From Bacillota bacterium (GTDB lineage: Bacteria > Bacillota > Clostridia > Acetivibrionales > JAEXSP01): 64,000 bases of DNA. A program made the translations under genes and the position numbers. Shown in pieces: positions 30,481 through 39,682 of this stretch (its first letter is position 1; each line of letters starts with the position of its first letter). A model generated the notes under the pieces. It had not been told where the DNA came from and did not search any database. It saw only the letters and a list, made by a program, of their open reading frames with translations. The stretch spans positions 116,465 to 180,464 of the forward strand of contig JAEXSP010000015.1 of the NCBI GenBank assembly GCA_023453795.1, written 5' to 3'.

Positions 30481-31878
30481 ATGAGTTTTCCGGACAAAGA
30501 CGTCTTTTTTAACAAATATCCCAGTATAAGCGGCAAAGAACAAGAATTTGATGATTTGGGATATACCTGGTCTGATATGGAAGCTATATATTATGACTAT
30601 GTAGACAAAATTGCAGCATTAGAGGTCGCTGCAAACTCTCTTACTAAAATCTTGATGACTATGAAAAAGGTCCATTCTGTAAGAAAAAGAGTTAAGGACC
30701 CGGAACATCTGATTGAAAAAATCATAAGGAGAAGCTTGGACTTTAGGGGTCAATATGCCGATATATCCAACTACTGCGAAGTAATAAAAGATATGATCGG
30801 CATAAGAATTCTTCATTTATATAAGGAAGATTGGCTTGATATACATAACAATATTAAAGCAAATTGGGAGCAGGATGAAACACCTATTGCAAATATAAAA
30901 AAGGGCGATAAGGAAGATGTCTTTATTAAAAACGGCTGCAATGTCAAGGTTCATGAATTGGGTTACAGGTCAGTCCATTATTCAATAAAGTGCAATTCCT
31001 GTCAGGAGATTGGTGCAATTGCTGAAATCCAGGTCAGGACTCTTTTCGAGGAAGCATGGAGTGAAATGGATCACGAGGTCAGATATCCTTACTATCAAAA
31101 TGACCCGATATTGGGAAGCTTTTTGCAGACATTCAGCGGTATAGTCGGCAATGCCGATTCAATGGGTTCTTTTGTTATATTTTTAAAGAATCAGCTTTAT
31201 AAAAATACAGATTCTGAAGGCGGCACTTCCTTCAATCCGGCAGGCGGCAAGGTTGTCAGAGATTTTGTCAATGCTGCGGGAAACATTATTATTGATAATT
31301 CTGTTGAGACGGAAGATGAGGATAAACTTAGAAATATCTATAACAGCCTGAATTACGGGGGACATAATAACTATTATATACAGAATTTCGCTGTAACTGA
31401 ATTAAAAAACTTTCCGATAGAGAAATTTGTAGCAGCTTCTCCTGAATTGCAGGAAAATATAGGTAAAAGCATCGTTGAAATTGCACCCTCAAATAATAAT
31501 TCGGGAAGCTATCAGGCAAGAGACTTTTTAGATGAACTGAGGAAAACAGAAAAAAAGTATCCGGTTAATTTTGTTAAAGGAATTTTTACCTCTACACTAA
31601 AAAGATATAATTATGTATGGATTTGCAGCGAGTATTTTAATACTGCACTGCAGCTGACACTTAAGTTGAGCGAAATTGAAAGCTTAAATATTATTGATTC
31701 AGCAATAAAAGAGCTTAGCGAAGAGAAAATTGAAATATTCCACGGAGGGAAAAAATGTGAAGAAGTTATCAGTGTTATCAAAAGCCATCTGAATGATAGC
31801 GTAAGCAACTTATTAAAGTCTAAATTGAAGCAATTAGTCAATATCTTGAGTTCTTTAAAGGAAAAGGGAGTGTCTTGA
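30481..31878 (+). CDS. RelA/SpoT-domain (alarmone synthetase-fold) protein with about 230-aa uncharacterised C-terminal extension
   Basis: 'VRKRVKDPEHLIEKIIRR', 'DMIGIRILHLY', 'GYRSVHYSI' and 'EIQVRTLFEEAWSEMDHEVRYP' follow the synthetase-fold motif order. AAGGAGG lies upstream of the ATG. Confidence 0.75.
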   Translation: MSFPDKDVFFNKYPSISGKEQEFDDLGYTWSDMEAIYYDYVDKIAALEVAANSLTKILMTMKKVHSVRKRVKDPEHLIEKIIRRSLDFRGQYADISNYCEVIKDMIGIRILHLYKEDWLDIHNNIKANWEQDETPIANIKKGDKEDVFIKNGCNVKVHELGYRSVHYSIKCNSCQEIGAIAEIQVRTLFEEAWSEMDHEVRYPYYQNDPILGSFLQTFSGIVGNADSMGSFVIFLKNQLYKNTDSEGGTSFNPAGGKVVRDFVNAAGNIIIDNSVETEDEDKLRNIYNSLNYGGHNNYYIQNFAVTELKNFPIEKFVAASPELQENIGKSIVEIAPSNNNSGSYQARDFLDELRKTEKKYPVNFVKGIFTSTLKRYNYVWICSEYFNTALQLTLKLSEIESLNIIDSAIKELSEEKIEIFHGGKKCEEVISVIKSHLNDSVSNLLKSKLKQLVNILSSLKEKGVS

Positions 31879-31890
31879 CTGCACTCCCCC

Positions 31891-33198
31891 TCAATCTGGC
31901 CAAAGGGACGGTGAAAAAGCATCCGTACTTTTATCTATTGTAAATGTATCGATAAGCTCACCGTCCTGCTTTTTAGCCGTCAAAACCAGCTTATTGCCTT
32001 GCATTTCCGCAATAATGTAACTTGGCTGGTCTTTGGGATTACAAAAAAATGTATCCCATTTCATTTGTTTGGTGTCATTATAAACTTTATTTCCGCTTCT
32101 TCCGGCTGTATAGTACACGGTTCCCAAAGAAGGCTTGTCTAAATACCTATCCCCATTAATCGCATAAGTACGTGCAACGCAATGATCATGTCCGTTAAAA
32201 ACCACATCAACATGATATTTATCAATAATAGGCTGAAAAGCTGCTCTTACCTCATTATTCGGTCTTGATGGCATATTAGGGAATGGAGACTTATGGAACA
32301 ATACGATTTTCCATGGCTTGTTTGTCTTCTTAAGATCATTATCCAACCATTCTTTTTGTGTTTCTAAAATGCTTCCGTCAACATTCTTTTCTTCATTATA
32401 TTGACTATCCAGAACAACAAAATGGATATTTCCGTAATCGCAGGAATAAACCTGACTTTTATAGCCTTTCGGCCCGTTTTGGGGAACCTTGAACAAGTAC
32501 TTCAGATACCTGGGTTTTCGGGTTGCTTTGAAAGAATTATCTTTATAGGTTTCATGATTTCCGCCTACGGGGATAACATCAATCAGGTTTACAATCCCTT
32601 CAGCACTGCTGAACCATTTATTCCAGTGAGTATAAAGATCAATGTTTACCAAATCCCCCAGATTGACAAAGAATTCCGCGTCTTTATTGGCATTATACGC
32701 ATTCCGAACTGTTTTTCTCCAGTCGCTGTAGTCAGGCTTGCTGATACCTGAACTCTGGCTGTCTCCGAATATAAGAAATTTGAAGTTTGTCGTATTGTTT
32801 GCTGCGGTTGAAAAAAAATATTTTTCACTCCGGTTTGTTCCTGTCCCTACACGGTAAGTATATTTCTTTCCAGGCTCCAAGCCCCTTAAAGTTACTGAAT
32901 GAATATTCACCTTCCCCAGCTCGGTATTAAGCTTTGACGTCTCCGCTTTCATAATCTTCGATTTAGAATCGAAGTCTTCTGAGTACTGGCAATATTGAAT
33001 TTCACCGCTATGTACACCGGAATCTGTTCTCCACGAAACCGTTTGTGTTGTCGCAGGGTCCCCGGTCCAGGTCAATGTAATCTGGTCAGGCCTTGCTGTT
33101 GCTCCGGTTGAGAAATTGCTTACTGTAAGGGTAGTAGATTTAGTCAACAAAACTGTTAAAATAACCGAAAGAATTAAATAAATGCTGATTTTTTTCAT
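31891..33198 (-). CDS. secreted metallophosphoesterase (purple-acid-phosphatase-like)
   Basis: Signal peptide from 'MKKISIYLIL'. N-terminal FN3-like PAP domain. Metallophosphatase motifs 'GDSQ', 'GDLV', 'GNHE' and 'GHDHC'. Confidence 0.8.
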   Translation of the reverse strand: MKKISIYLILSVILTVLLTKSTTLTVSNFSTGATARPDQITLTWTGDPATTQTVSWRTDSGVHSGEIQYCQYSEDFDSKSKIMKAETSKLNTELGKVNIHSVTLRGLEPGKKYTYRVGTGTNRSEKYFFSTAANNTTNFKFLIFGDSQSSGISKPDYSDWRKTVRNAYNANKDAEFFVNLGDLVNIDLYTHWNKWFSSAEGIVNLIDVIPVGGNHETYKDNSFKATRKPRYLKYLFKVPQNGPKGYKSQVYSCDYGNIHFVVLDSQYNEEKNVDGSILETQKEWLDNDLKKTNKPWKIVLFHKSPFPNMPSRPNNEVRAAFQPIIDKYHVDVVFNGHDHCVARTYAINGDRYLDKPSLGTVYYTAGRSGNKVYNDTKQMKWDTFFCNPKDQPSYIIAEMQGNKLVLTAKKQDGELIDTFTIDKSTDAFSPSLWPD

Positions 33199-33240
33199 AT
33201 ATATTCCTTGCCCCGCTGCTTTCAACAAATAGTCAGACAC

Positions 33241-34074
33241 TTAAGTCCACAGATCCAAATCAATCACCTTGTTTGAGCTTTTTTCTATAATCTGAATACA
33301 GTCCTCTTTATTATTTATTTCAATGCATGTCTGATAATATTTCGAAAACATAACATCCTCCAAAAGCTTATACGGTAAATTACCAGAGGCTTGAAAAAGC
33401 TCTCCCATAGGTGTATTCAGTTTTAGCAATTGTTTTATCTTAAGCAATCCGCTTTTCCCTGAATTGGGACTCTTAAAAATATAGATGTCAACTTTATCAG
33501 GGTATATCTTTTTGTTATAGTCCTCATTCATTAAAGCATCAATTGATTTCGTCCCAATGCAAAGTTCCTTAAATCCGACTGCAATTAATTTCGAGTCCTC
33601 ATAGCCCAAATTTCCCGAGTGTGAAGCAAGTATGGGATAATCATTATTTTTATGGCACTCTCTCATGTCGAACAATAAATGATTGCCGCAGCCATCCATA
33701 GCAAACGATACGGCAAGCTTCATGTACTCCGGCAGTTCATAAGCAATATTCATTTCTCTAAATTCATTTGTACTGAAAAATTGCAAATACCTGTCCCCAT
33801 TAGCAAATTCTCCGCCATTCGAATACTTTAGGAACTCTAAGTAGTCCGACGGCAATTCTCTTTTTGGAAAGCTCCAAAGCCTTGGATCAAAAGGCTTATA
33901 CAGATCATAATATTTATCACCTTTTCGAAACGGGTTCTTTTGCCTGGAGTTTATTTCATCAATTTCTTCACTAGATAAATCAACATTCCAGGTGTTTACA
34001 AACTCTTCTATTTCCGTCTGGGTTGCACCGGGCTTCTTGATATATTCTTTGTTATAAATACTCTTAAAATCCAT
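33241..34074 (-). CDS. SMI1/KNR4 (SUKH-1) family protein with extra C-terminal domain
   Basis: 'LPSDYLEFLKYSNGGEF' and the overall pattern are typical of the SUKH superfamily. Confidence 0.65.
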   Translation of the reverse strand: MDFKSIYNKEYIKKPGATQTEIEEFVNTWNVDLSSEEIDEINSRQKNPFRKGDKYYDLYKPFDPRLWSFPKRELPSDYLEFLKYSNGGEFANGDRYLQFFSTNEFREMNIAYELPEYMKLAVSFAMDGCGNHLLFDMRECHKNNDYPILASHSGNLGYEDSKLIAVGFKELCIGTKSIDALMNEDYNKKIYPDKVDIYIFKSPNSGKSGLLKIKQLLKLNTPMGELFQASGNLPYKLLEDVMFSKYYQTCIEINNKEDCIQIIEKSSNKVIDLDLWT

Positions 34075-34165
34075 AAAAACACCTTATAATCTTCCAGGAT
34101 TTTTATTTCAATAGTCATCCCTCTGAATTTGTTTGCTCAGATTTTATCATATAAAAATGCCTGTG

Positions 34166-34201
34166 TAAAACAAAACGCACATCCATTTAATGAATGTGCG
34201 T
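34166..34201 (-). terminator. rho-independent terminator downstream of the dockerin esterase gene
   Basis: acgcacat/atgtgcgt stem (34175-34182/34194-34201). The minus strand follows with ttttgtttt. Confidence 0.7.
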
Positions 34202-34221
34202 CCAACTAGCATTAGAACAAT

Positions 34222-35148
34222 TTATTGTTTATAAGGCAGCGTCGTTATAATTTTAAGCAAATACTGTTTTATAATAGCAAGGTCAAGAGAATCTACAGAA
34301 TTATCAAGATTCAGGTCCACAATCTTATTATATACATGCTTCGGATCCATTAAATACTGCTTGAGTCCTGCAAGATCCAAGGCATCCACAGCTTTGTCAT
34401 TGTTTATATCCCCATAAATTTCTGTTGGTGTATCGAAAAAGTAAATTCTCTGCATTTCAGCCCAAATTGCGTCTGCTGCTGCATAGCTCCCTGCTGTAGT
34501 GGGATGTATGCCGTCCGACAAAATGTACTGGGAGTATTTGCCGTCAAAGGTAGGTCTTAAATCAAAGAAATATCCTTTTGGCGAAGTTGAACCAGTTACA
34601 ATACTCTGAATTTGCGGTCTTAATGTATTCAGTTTTGGATTTAAGGTTCCAGATAAAGATCCCTGAGCATCAGGATAAAACAGATAGAAAACCTTGACCA
34701 GACCGTTCTTCTGCATTGTCTGAAATAAGGTTTTTGCTGCAGCTACGGCATTATCTACGCTTCCCATCAAGCAGTCATTTCCTCCGCCATCCATAATGAC
34801 ATACTTTACTGTACCAGCATTTACACCATTTTGGTATTGTTGAGGAATATTCGGTGAACTTCCACCGGAAAGCAAGGTTCCGCTTACTGAATTATCCCGG
34901 AAATGGTCATTCGCACCCAGAACCCCTGCGTTTATGGCATCTTGTTCCAACCTTTTTGTGATTTCATGGGACAACGCTAAAAATGAGTCCCCTATTACAA
35001 GGACTTCACTTCCTTTTATTTGGGTTGTACTGGCTGCTGTAGTTCCTGATGTCGCCGCTGTTGCTTGTCCGGGCAATAAAAAAAGCCCTGCAAAAGCACA
35101 CGTAATGACTGAGGCGGTAATTCGGAAAAGCACATTCTTGAATTTCAT
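34222..35148 (-). CDS. cellulosomal SGNH/GDSL-family esterase with C-terminal type I dockerin
   Basis: Signal peptide, 'VLVIGDSF' block I and 'GGNDC' block III. Duplicated dockerin segments 'GDINNDKAVDALDLAGLKQYL' and 'DLNLDNSVDSLDLAIIKQYL'. Confidence 0.85.
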   Translation of the reverse strand: MKFKNVLFRITASVITCAFAGLFLLPGQATAATSGTTAASTTQIKGSEVLVIGDSFLALSHEITKRLEQDAINAGVLGANDHFRDNSVSGTLLSGGSSPNIPQQYQNGVNAGTVKYVIMDGGGNDCLMGSVDNAVAAAKTLFQTMQKNGLVKVFYLFYPDAQGSLSGTLNPKLNTLRPQIQSIVTGSTSPKGYFFDLRPTFDGKYSQYILSDGIHPTTAGSYAAADAIWAEMQRIYFFDTPTEIYGDINNDKAVDALDLAGLKQYLMDPKHVYNKIVDLNLDNSVDSLDLAIIKQYLLKIITTLPYKQ

Positions 35149-35582
35149 AACATTCCCTCCCATTTCTCTCCATACAATATTAAACCTTAATGTTTCAAGC
35201 ATTGAAACATTCCAAACCCATTATATACCATTTTCTTCGGACAAGCAACCATAATTTATCTTTAATAATAAAATTCTCCACTTTTGCAGTATGCAGGTTT
35301 TCATGTAAAAAGAATCAAAACAATTAAGGTTTACCGACTGTAAAAGCTACGCAACTCACTGGAATAAAAGCCCTCACCCTCCATAATATATCTTATCAGG
35401 AACTTGACGGAAGCAATAATCTTGTATTATTATAGTAATTATTACTAACTTATGTAAATTTATAGGTTATTCAGAAAATATTTGTAATATTATAAAACAG
35501 GTTTAAAGAATAAAGCATTTCTCTAAGTACTGAGTATTAAAAATTCCATAATAAAATACATTAACTTGCAAAGGATTAACGT

Positions 35583-37610
35583 ATGAAAGTACTTCTCTGC
35601 AACATGCCATGGGGAAAAATTGATTTTCCGTCAATACAACTGGGTATTCTGAAAGCTTATCTGACGCAGCACGGAATAAGTGCCGATGTATCATATCAGA
35701 ATGTAAGATTCGCTGCCTTGATCGGTACGGAAACATACTCGAAGCTTTCAATCAGTTCCCGTTATTCCTTTCTTTTAGAATGGCTGTTTAACGAATTTAT
35801 TGTTAAAGACAAGTCAGTACTTAAGGAAATGCAGAAAAATCAGGAAAATGATATCAGGGAGCTTATTGAGCTAAAGGATACAAACCCTTTTTTGACGGAC
35901 GCCTATAATCCGATGCCTATCGGAAGTGCAAAAGCAGTAGATGAAAAGCAGATTGAAAATGAATTAATCAGGGTCTGCAGGAATATAAAAAATGAAACCA
36001 TCCCCACCTACTTTTATAAGCTGTTAAATGAAACCAACTTTTCCGAATACGACATAATAGGTTTTACCTGTTCTTTCAGTCAGACAGCCCCTTCAATCAG
36101 CTTCGCCAGAATCATAAAGGACAGGTTCAGAGATAAGGTGATAATACTAGGAGGCAATGGTGTAAGCGGTCATATGGGAATTGAGTACATGAAGGCTTTC
36201 CCATGGATTGATTACATTGTATACGGTGAGGGAGAAACTGCGCTTTCGGAACTGGTTCAATATCTCAGGGAAAATCATTACAGCTTAAAGCCCGGGCACA
36301 AGCTTACAGGGATTATCTACCGGGAGGAAGACGGAAATATCATAATGTCACCGCCGTCACCATCCCTTGAAATGGACAAAGTTCCCGTACCCGATTATGA
36401 TGATTATTTCAGTCAGATAAAAATAATTGAAAAAGCAGCAGGAATAAGCCTCAAGCAGGACACTTTACTGTTTGAAACAGCTAGGGGCTGTTGGTGGGGA
36501 GAAAAAAAGCAATGCAAATTCTGCAGCCTCAACGGTGAAAACCGGCATTTCCGGAGCAAAACCTGGGAAACGGTACTTGAGAATGTTCTTCAGCTATCGG
36601 AACGGTATGAAAAAAATGAACTTATTTGTGTCGACAATATATTGAGTTATCCCGCATTGGTTAATTTATTTTCAGCATTGCAGGAAAGGAATCTGAATCT
36701 TGATATATTCTGGGAAGTAAAGCCGAATCTATCAATGAAGCAGCTGAAAATATTGTCCGAAGCCGGGCTGAAAAAAGTTCAGGCAGGAATAGAAAGCTTT
36801 AGCACTGAAGTGATAAGACTTATCGAAAAAGGCTCGACCAGGTTGAAAAACGTGCAGTTTGTTAGAAACTGCTTCTCACTGGGAATTCATGTATCCTATA
36901 ATTTCCTCTTCGGTTTTCCCGGAGAAAAGCCGGAATACTACAATGACCTTGCAGAACTGTTTCCGCTTCTTCACCACATTACCCCTCCCCTCTATCCGCC
37001 AAGGCCTATGATTCTTCAAAGATTCAGCAGGTATTATGCAGAACCCGAAGAGAATCAATTAAAAAATATAAGACCTATGAAGCAGTACAATATCATTTAT
37101 CCGGTTAAAGAGCTGGATATAGAAAAAATATCCGCCACTTACTCTTTTGAATGCACTTCTGTACCTCAAAACCTTGACTATATGATCAGAATTACCGAAG
37201 CTATCGGAGATTGGAATATAGCTTTTGGGGGTAAAAACACTCCGATTCTTGCATATGAAACCGGAGTTAATTTTGTCAGGCTTTACGATTCAAGGTTTGA
37301 AAGGTTCAGGAGTATGATTCTAAGGGGCATTCCGGCAATGATTTACCTGCTTTGCGAAGAAATAAGACCACTTGACAGGGTTATTAGCGTCATAAGGGAA
37401 AAACATGCCGAAAAAGACCTGAAGGATGAGGAGATAACAAACCTTCTCAATGTCCTTGTCTCAGAAAAGCTCATGATTATGGAGGATGGAATGTATTTGT
37501 CGCTGGCGGTCAACCTCCGTCACATTTCGGACAGATTGCCTGAATACAGCCGAAGCAGGATAATCAATGCAAGATTGTTCAATGAATTTGATGAATTATT
37601 CAAAAAATAA
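35583..37610 (+). CDS. B12-binding-domain radical SAM enzyme (class B, RiPP-maturase type; probable C-methyltransferase)
   Basis: N-terminal Rossmann-like 'KVLLCNMPWGKIDFPSIQLGILKAYL...IIGFTCSF'. Cluster motif 'CWWGEKKQCKFC' (CX7CX2C). 675 aa. First gene of a tightly packed three-gene operon. Confidence 0.8.
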   Translation: MKVLLCNMPWGKIDFPSIQLGILKAYLTQHGISADVSYQNVRFAALIGTETYSKLSISSRYSFLLEWLFNEFIVKDKSVLKEMQKNQENDIRELIELKDTNPFLTDAYNPMPIGSAKAVDEKQIENELIRVCRNIKNETIPTYFYKLLNETNFSEYDIIGFTCSFSQTAPSISFARIIKDRFRDKVIILGGNGVSGHMGIEYMKAFPWIDYIVYGEGETALSELVQYLRENHYSLKPGHKLTGIIYREEDGNIIMSPPSPSLEMDKVPVPDYDDYFSQIKIIEKAAGISLKQDTLLFETARGCWWGEKKQCKFCSLNGENRHFRSKTWETVLENVLQLSERYEKNELICVDNILSYPALVNLFSALQERNLNLDIFWEVKPNLSMKQLKILSEAGLKKVQAGIESFSTEVIRLIEKGSTRLKNVQFVRNCFSLGIHVSYNFLFGFPGEKPEYYNDLAELFPLLHHITPPLYPPRPMILQRFSRYYAEPEENQLKNIRPMKQYNIIYPVKELDIEKISATYSFECTSVPQNLDYMIRITEAIGDWNIAFGGKNTPILAYETGVNFVRLYDSRFERFRSMILRGIPAMIYLLCEEIRPLDRVISVIREKHAEKDLKDEEITNLLNVLVSEKLMIMEDGMYLSLAVNLRHISDRLPEYSRSRIINARLFNEFDELFKK

Positions 37611-37631
37611 ACAATTTGGGGGAAGAAGAAA

Positions 37632-39023
37632 ATGTATAAAAACTACAAGACATCCGCATTTAATACAGTCGTAAGAATAGATGAAGACAATTCAATAATT
37701 TATAACAGCTTTTCACAAGGGCTTTCACTTCTGGATGTCAATGAAATGGGCATATACAAGAAATTTGACAAGCAGGAAGACGGAAATATTGACGCAGAAG
37801 AAAGGGACGTTATCGATCAACTGCTGATAAACAACTTTCTGGTTCCCTCCGACATTAACGAATTGGAGAAATTCACCGCGTACTACCGGCAGGAAAGGCA
37901 GAAAACGGACAACATGGGTATTACCGTGCTGCCTACCTTGAACTGCAACTTCGGGTGCAACTACTGCTTTGAAGGAAATGAAAAATCAAATACACTTATG
38001 CCTGAAAAAATCCAGCAGTCCATTATGAACCTTATCCAAAGGAAATCAGACACAATCAAAAGCCTGAATATAACCTGGTTTGGCGGAGAACCCCTAATGG
38101 GCCTGAACGTCATAAAGAAGCTGTCCAACAACATCATCCCGTTTTGCGATTCAAAGGGAATATCTTACTACGCATCGATTATCACAAACGGTTACATGCT
38201 TACCGAAGAAGTAATGGGAGAATTGTATATACGTAAGGTACGCACTGTTCAAATCACTCTTGACGGTGCCGAACAGGAGCACAACAGTACAAGATCCTTG
38301 AAAGCTACCGGCCAAGGCACATACGGCAGGATCCTGGACAACATTAAAGCTTACATAGATAAATACCCCATTAATACTATAATAAGAATCAATGTGGATA
38401 AGAAAAACGTGGACTCAATATTCGGACTTCTTGATGATCTTGAAAAAAGAGGTCTTAGCAATACAAGGCGTCTGTCGGTTTATTTCTCACCTATAGAGGC
38501 CTCTACGCGCGCCTGTGGGAAGGCAGTCGATGAGGTCATAAAAATGGAGAATTTCGCAAAACACGAATTTGAATTATATAAATACGCCATAGCAAAGGGA
38601 TTAAGTTACAATTCCCTCCCCTACCGCATGGTGGGTATCTGCACTTCCTGCCGCCCCAACGGCCTTGTAATCCTGCCCAACGGTGATCTTCACCGGTGCT
38701 GGGAAACAGTTTCCGACGAAAGCAAGAAAATAGGACTTCTTGAAAACGGCGACAACCTGACTAAAAATTCATTGGAAGCAAAATGGTCAGACTGGAGTCC
38801 CCTTAACTATGAAGAATGCCGGAATTGCCCCATATTACCCAATTGTGCAGGCTACTGCTCTTACAGGTTCATTTACGGTTCCGAATTCAAAAGTGCCTTC
38901 AAAACACCATGTCCGGCACTTAAATATAACATCAAAGACAAGCTGCTGTACTACATAGCTTCAAAAGATCCGGATATCGCTAAACTACTGCTTGTAAAAG
39001 GAATGGAGGGAGGTGTAAGTTAA
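37632..39023 (+). CDS. radical SAM/SPASM-domain peptide maturase
   Basis: Canonical 'CNFGCNYC'. Complete SPASM Cys pattern 'CTSCRPNGLVILPNGDLHRC...CRNCPILPNCAGYC...C'. Starts 21 nt after the previous gene. Confidence 0.85.
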   Translation: MYKNYKTSAFNTVVRIDEDNSIIYNSFSQGLSLLDVNEMGIYKKFDKQEDGNIDAEERDVIDQLLINNFLVPSDINELEKFTAYYRQERQKTDNMGITVLPTLNCNFGCNYCFEGNEKSNTLMPEKIQQSIMNLIQRKSDTIKSLNITWFGGEPLMGLNVIKKLSNNIIPFCDSKGISYYASIITNGYMLTEEVMGELYIRKVRTVQITLDGAEQEHNSTRSLKATGQGTYGRILDNIKAYIDKYPINTIIRINVDKKNVDSIFGLLDDLEKRGLSNTRRLSVYFSPIEASTRACGKAVDEVIKMENFAKHEFELYKYAIAKGLSYNSLPYRMVGICTSCRPNGLVILPNGDLHRCWETVSDESKKIGLLENGDNLTKNSLEAKWSDWSPLNYEECRNCPILPNCAGYCSYRFIYGSEFKSAFKTPCPALKYNIKDKLLYYIASKDPDIAKLLLVKGMEGGVS

Positions 39024-39067
39024 AGGTATTTTAATCATTAACAATAAATTTTAAGGAGGACTGAAAT

Positions 39068-39676
39068 ATGAAAAACTTTGTTAACATCGGTTTTAACGGT
39101 TATCCTGAGAGCAACGTAGATTCTGTTGTAAGAGGGTTTACAACGAATAAGGAACTCGTAGTGTTCAGCGTATCGCCTGACGAAGGCACAACAGCTTCAC
39201 TGCACGGGACAAAACTTGAATTGCCCAATGAGTTAGTCAAAATTAACGACTTAAAAACCCTGATCAATTACCTAAAAGGTGTATCAATGTCTGTGGAAAA
39301 TAATGTACTTAAAACACAAACTCTGCCGAGCAATGCGGCAATGTATATGAAAACAGCTCCTCTTGCCGACCAGGATTGTACAGCATACGGCGGATGCCCT
39401 GCAGATGGTGGTTGTGCAGCAGATGGCTGTGCAGCACACGGTGGCTGCGCGGCTCGTGCCGGGTGTGCAGCGGATGGCTGCGGAGGATATGGCGGCTGCG
39501 CTGCAGACGGAGGCTGTGCAGCACGTGGATGTGCAGCGGACGGAGGCTGTGGAGCAAATGTACCTTGTGCAGCTGATGGCTGCGTTGGACATGCATGCGG
39601 AGTTGATGCCTGCCCGGCAAATGTCAACATCGGGCCGTGTGCAATTGATATTCCTATATGCCCGATAATTCTGTAA
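39068..39676 (+). CDS. Cys/Gly/Ala-repeat precursor-like peptide (putative RiPP substrate)
   Basis: AAGGAGGA lies upstream of the ATG. Residues 1-103 contain no Cys. Residues 104-202 contain 17 Cys in reiterated G-C-[AP]-A-[DHR]-G(G) units. Confidence 0.75.
   Translation: MKNFVNIGFNGYPESNVDSVVRGFTTNKELVVFSVSPDEGTTASLHGTKLELPNELVKINDLKTLINYLKGVSMSVENNVLKTQTLPSNAAMYMKTAPLADQDCTAYGGCPADGGCAADGCAAHGGCAARAGCAADGCGGYGGCAADGGCAARGCAADGGCGANVPCAADGCVGHACGVDACPANVNIGPCAIDIPICPIIL
39377..39600 (+). repeat. imperfect 15-18 nt coding tandem repeats (TGYGCAGCNGAYGG(N)GGN), locally GC-rich
   Basis: tgtgcagcagatggc, tgtgcagcacacggtggc, tgtgcagcggatggc, tgcgctgcagacggaggc, tgtgcagcacgtgga, tgtgcagcggacggaggc and similar units. 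Confidence 0.8.
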
Positions 39677-39682
39677 TAAAAA

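Noticed and set aside
35503-35751. 82-aa minus-strand ORF overlapping the start of the B12 radical SAM gene. I considered it as a possible small leader or regulator gene.
   Set aside because: It is antisense to the well-supported start of 35583..37610, has no SD and has no recognisable features.
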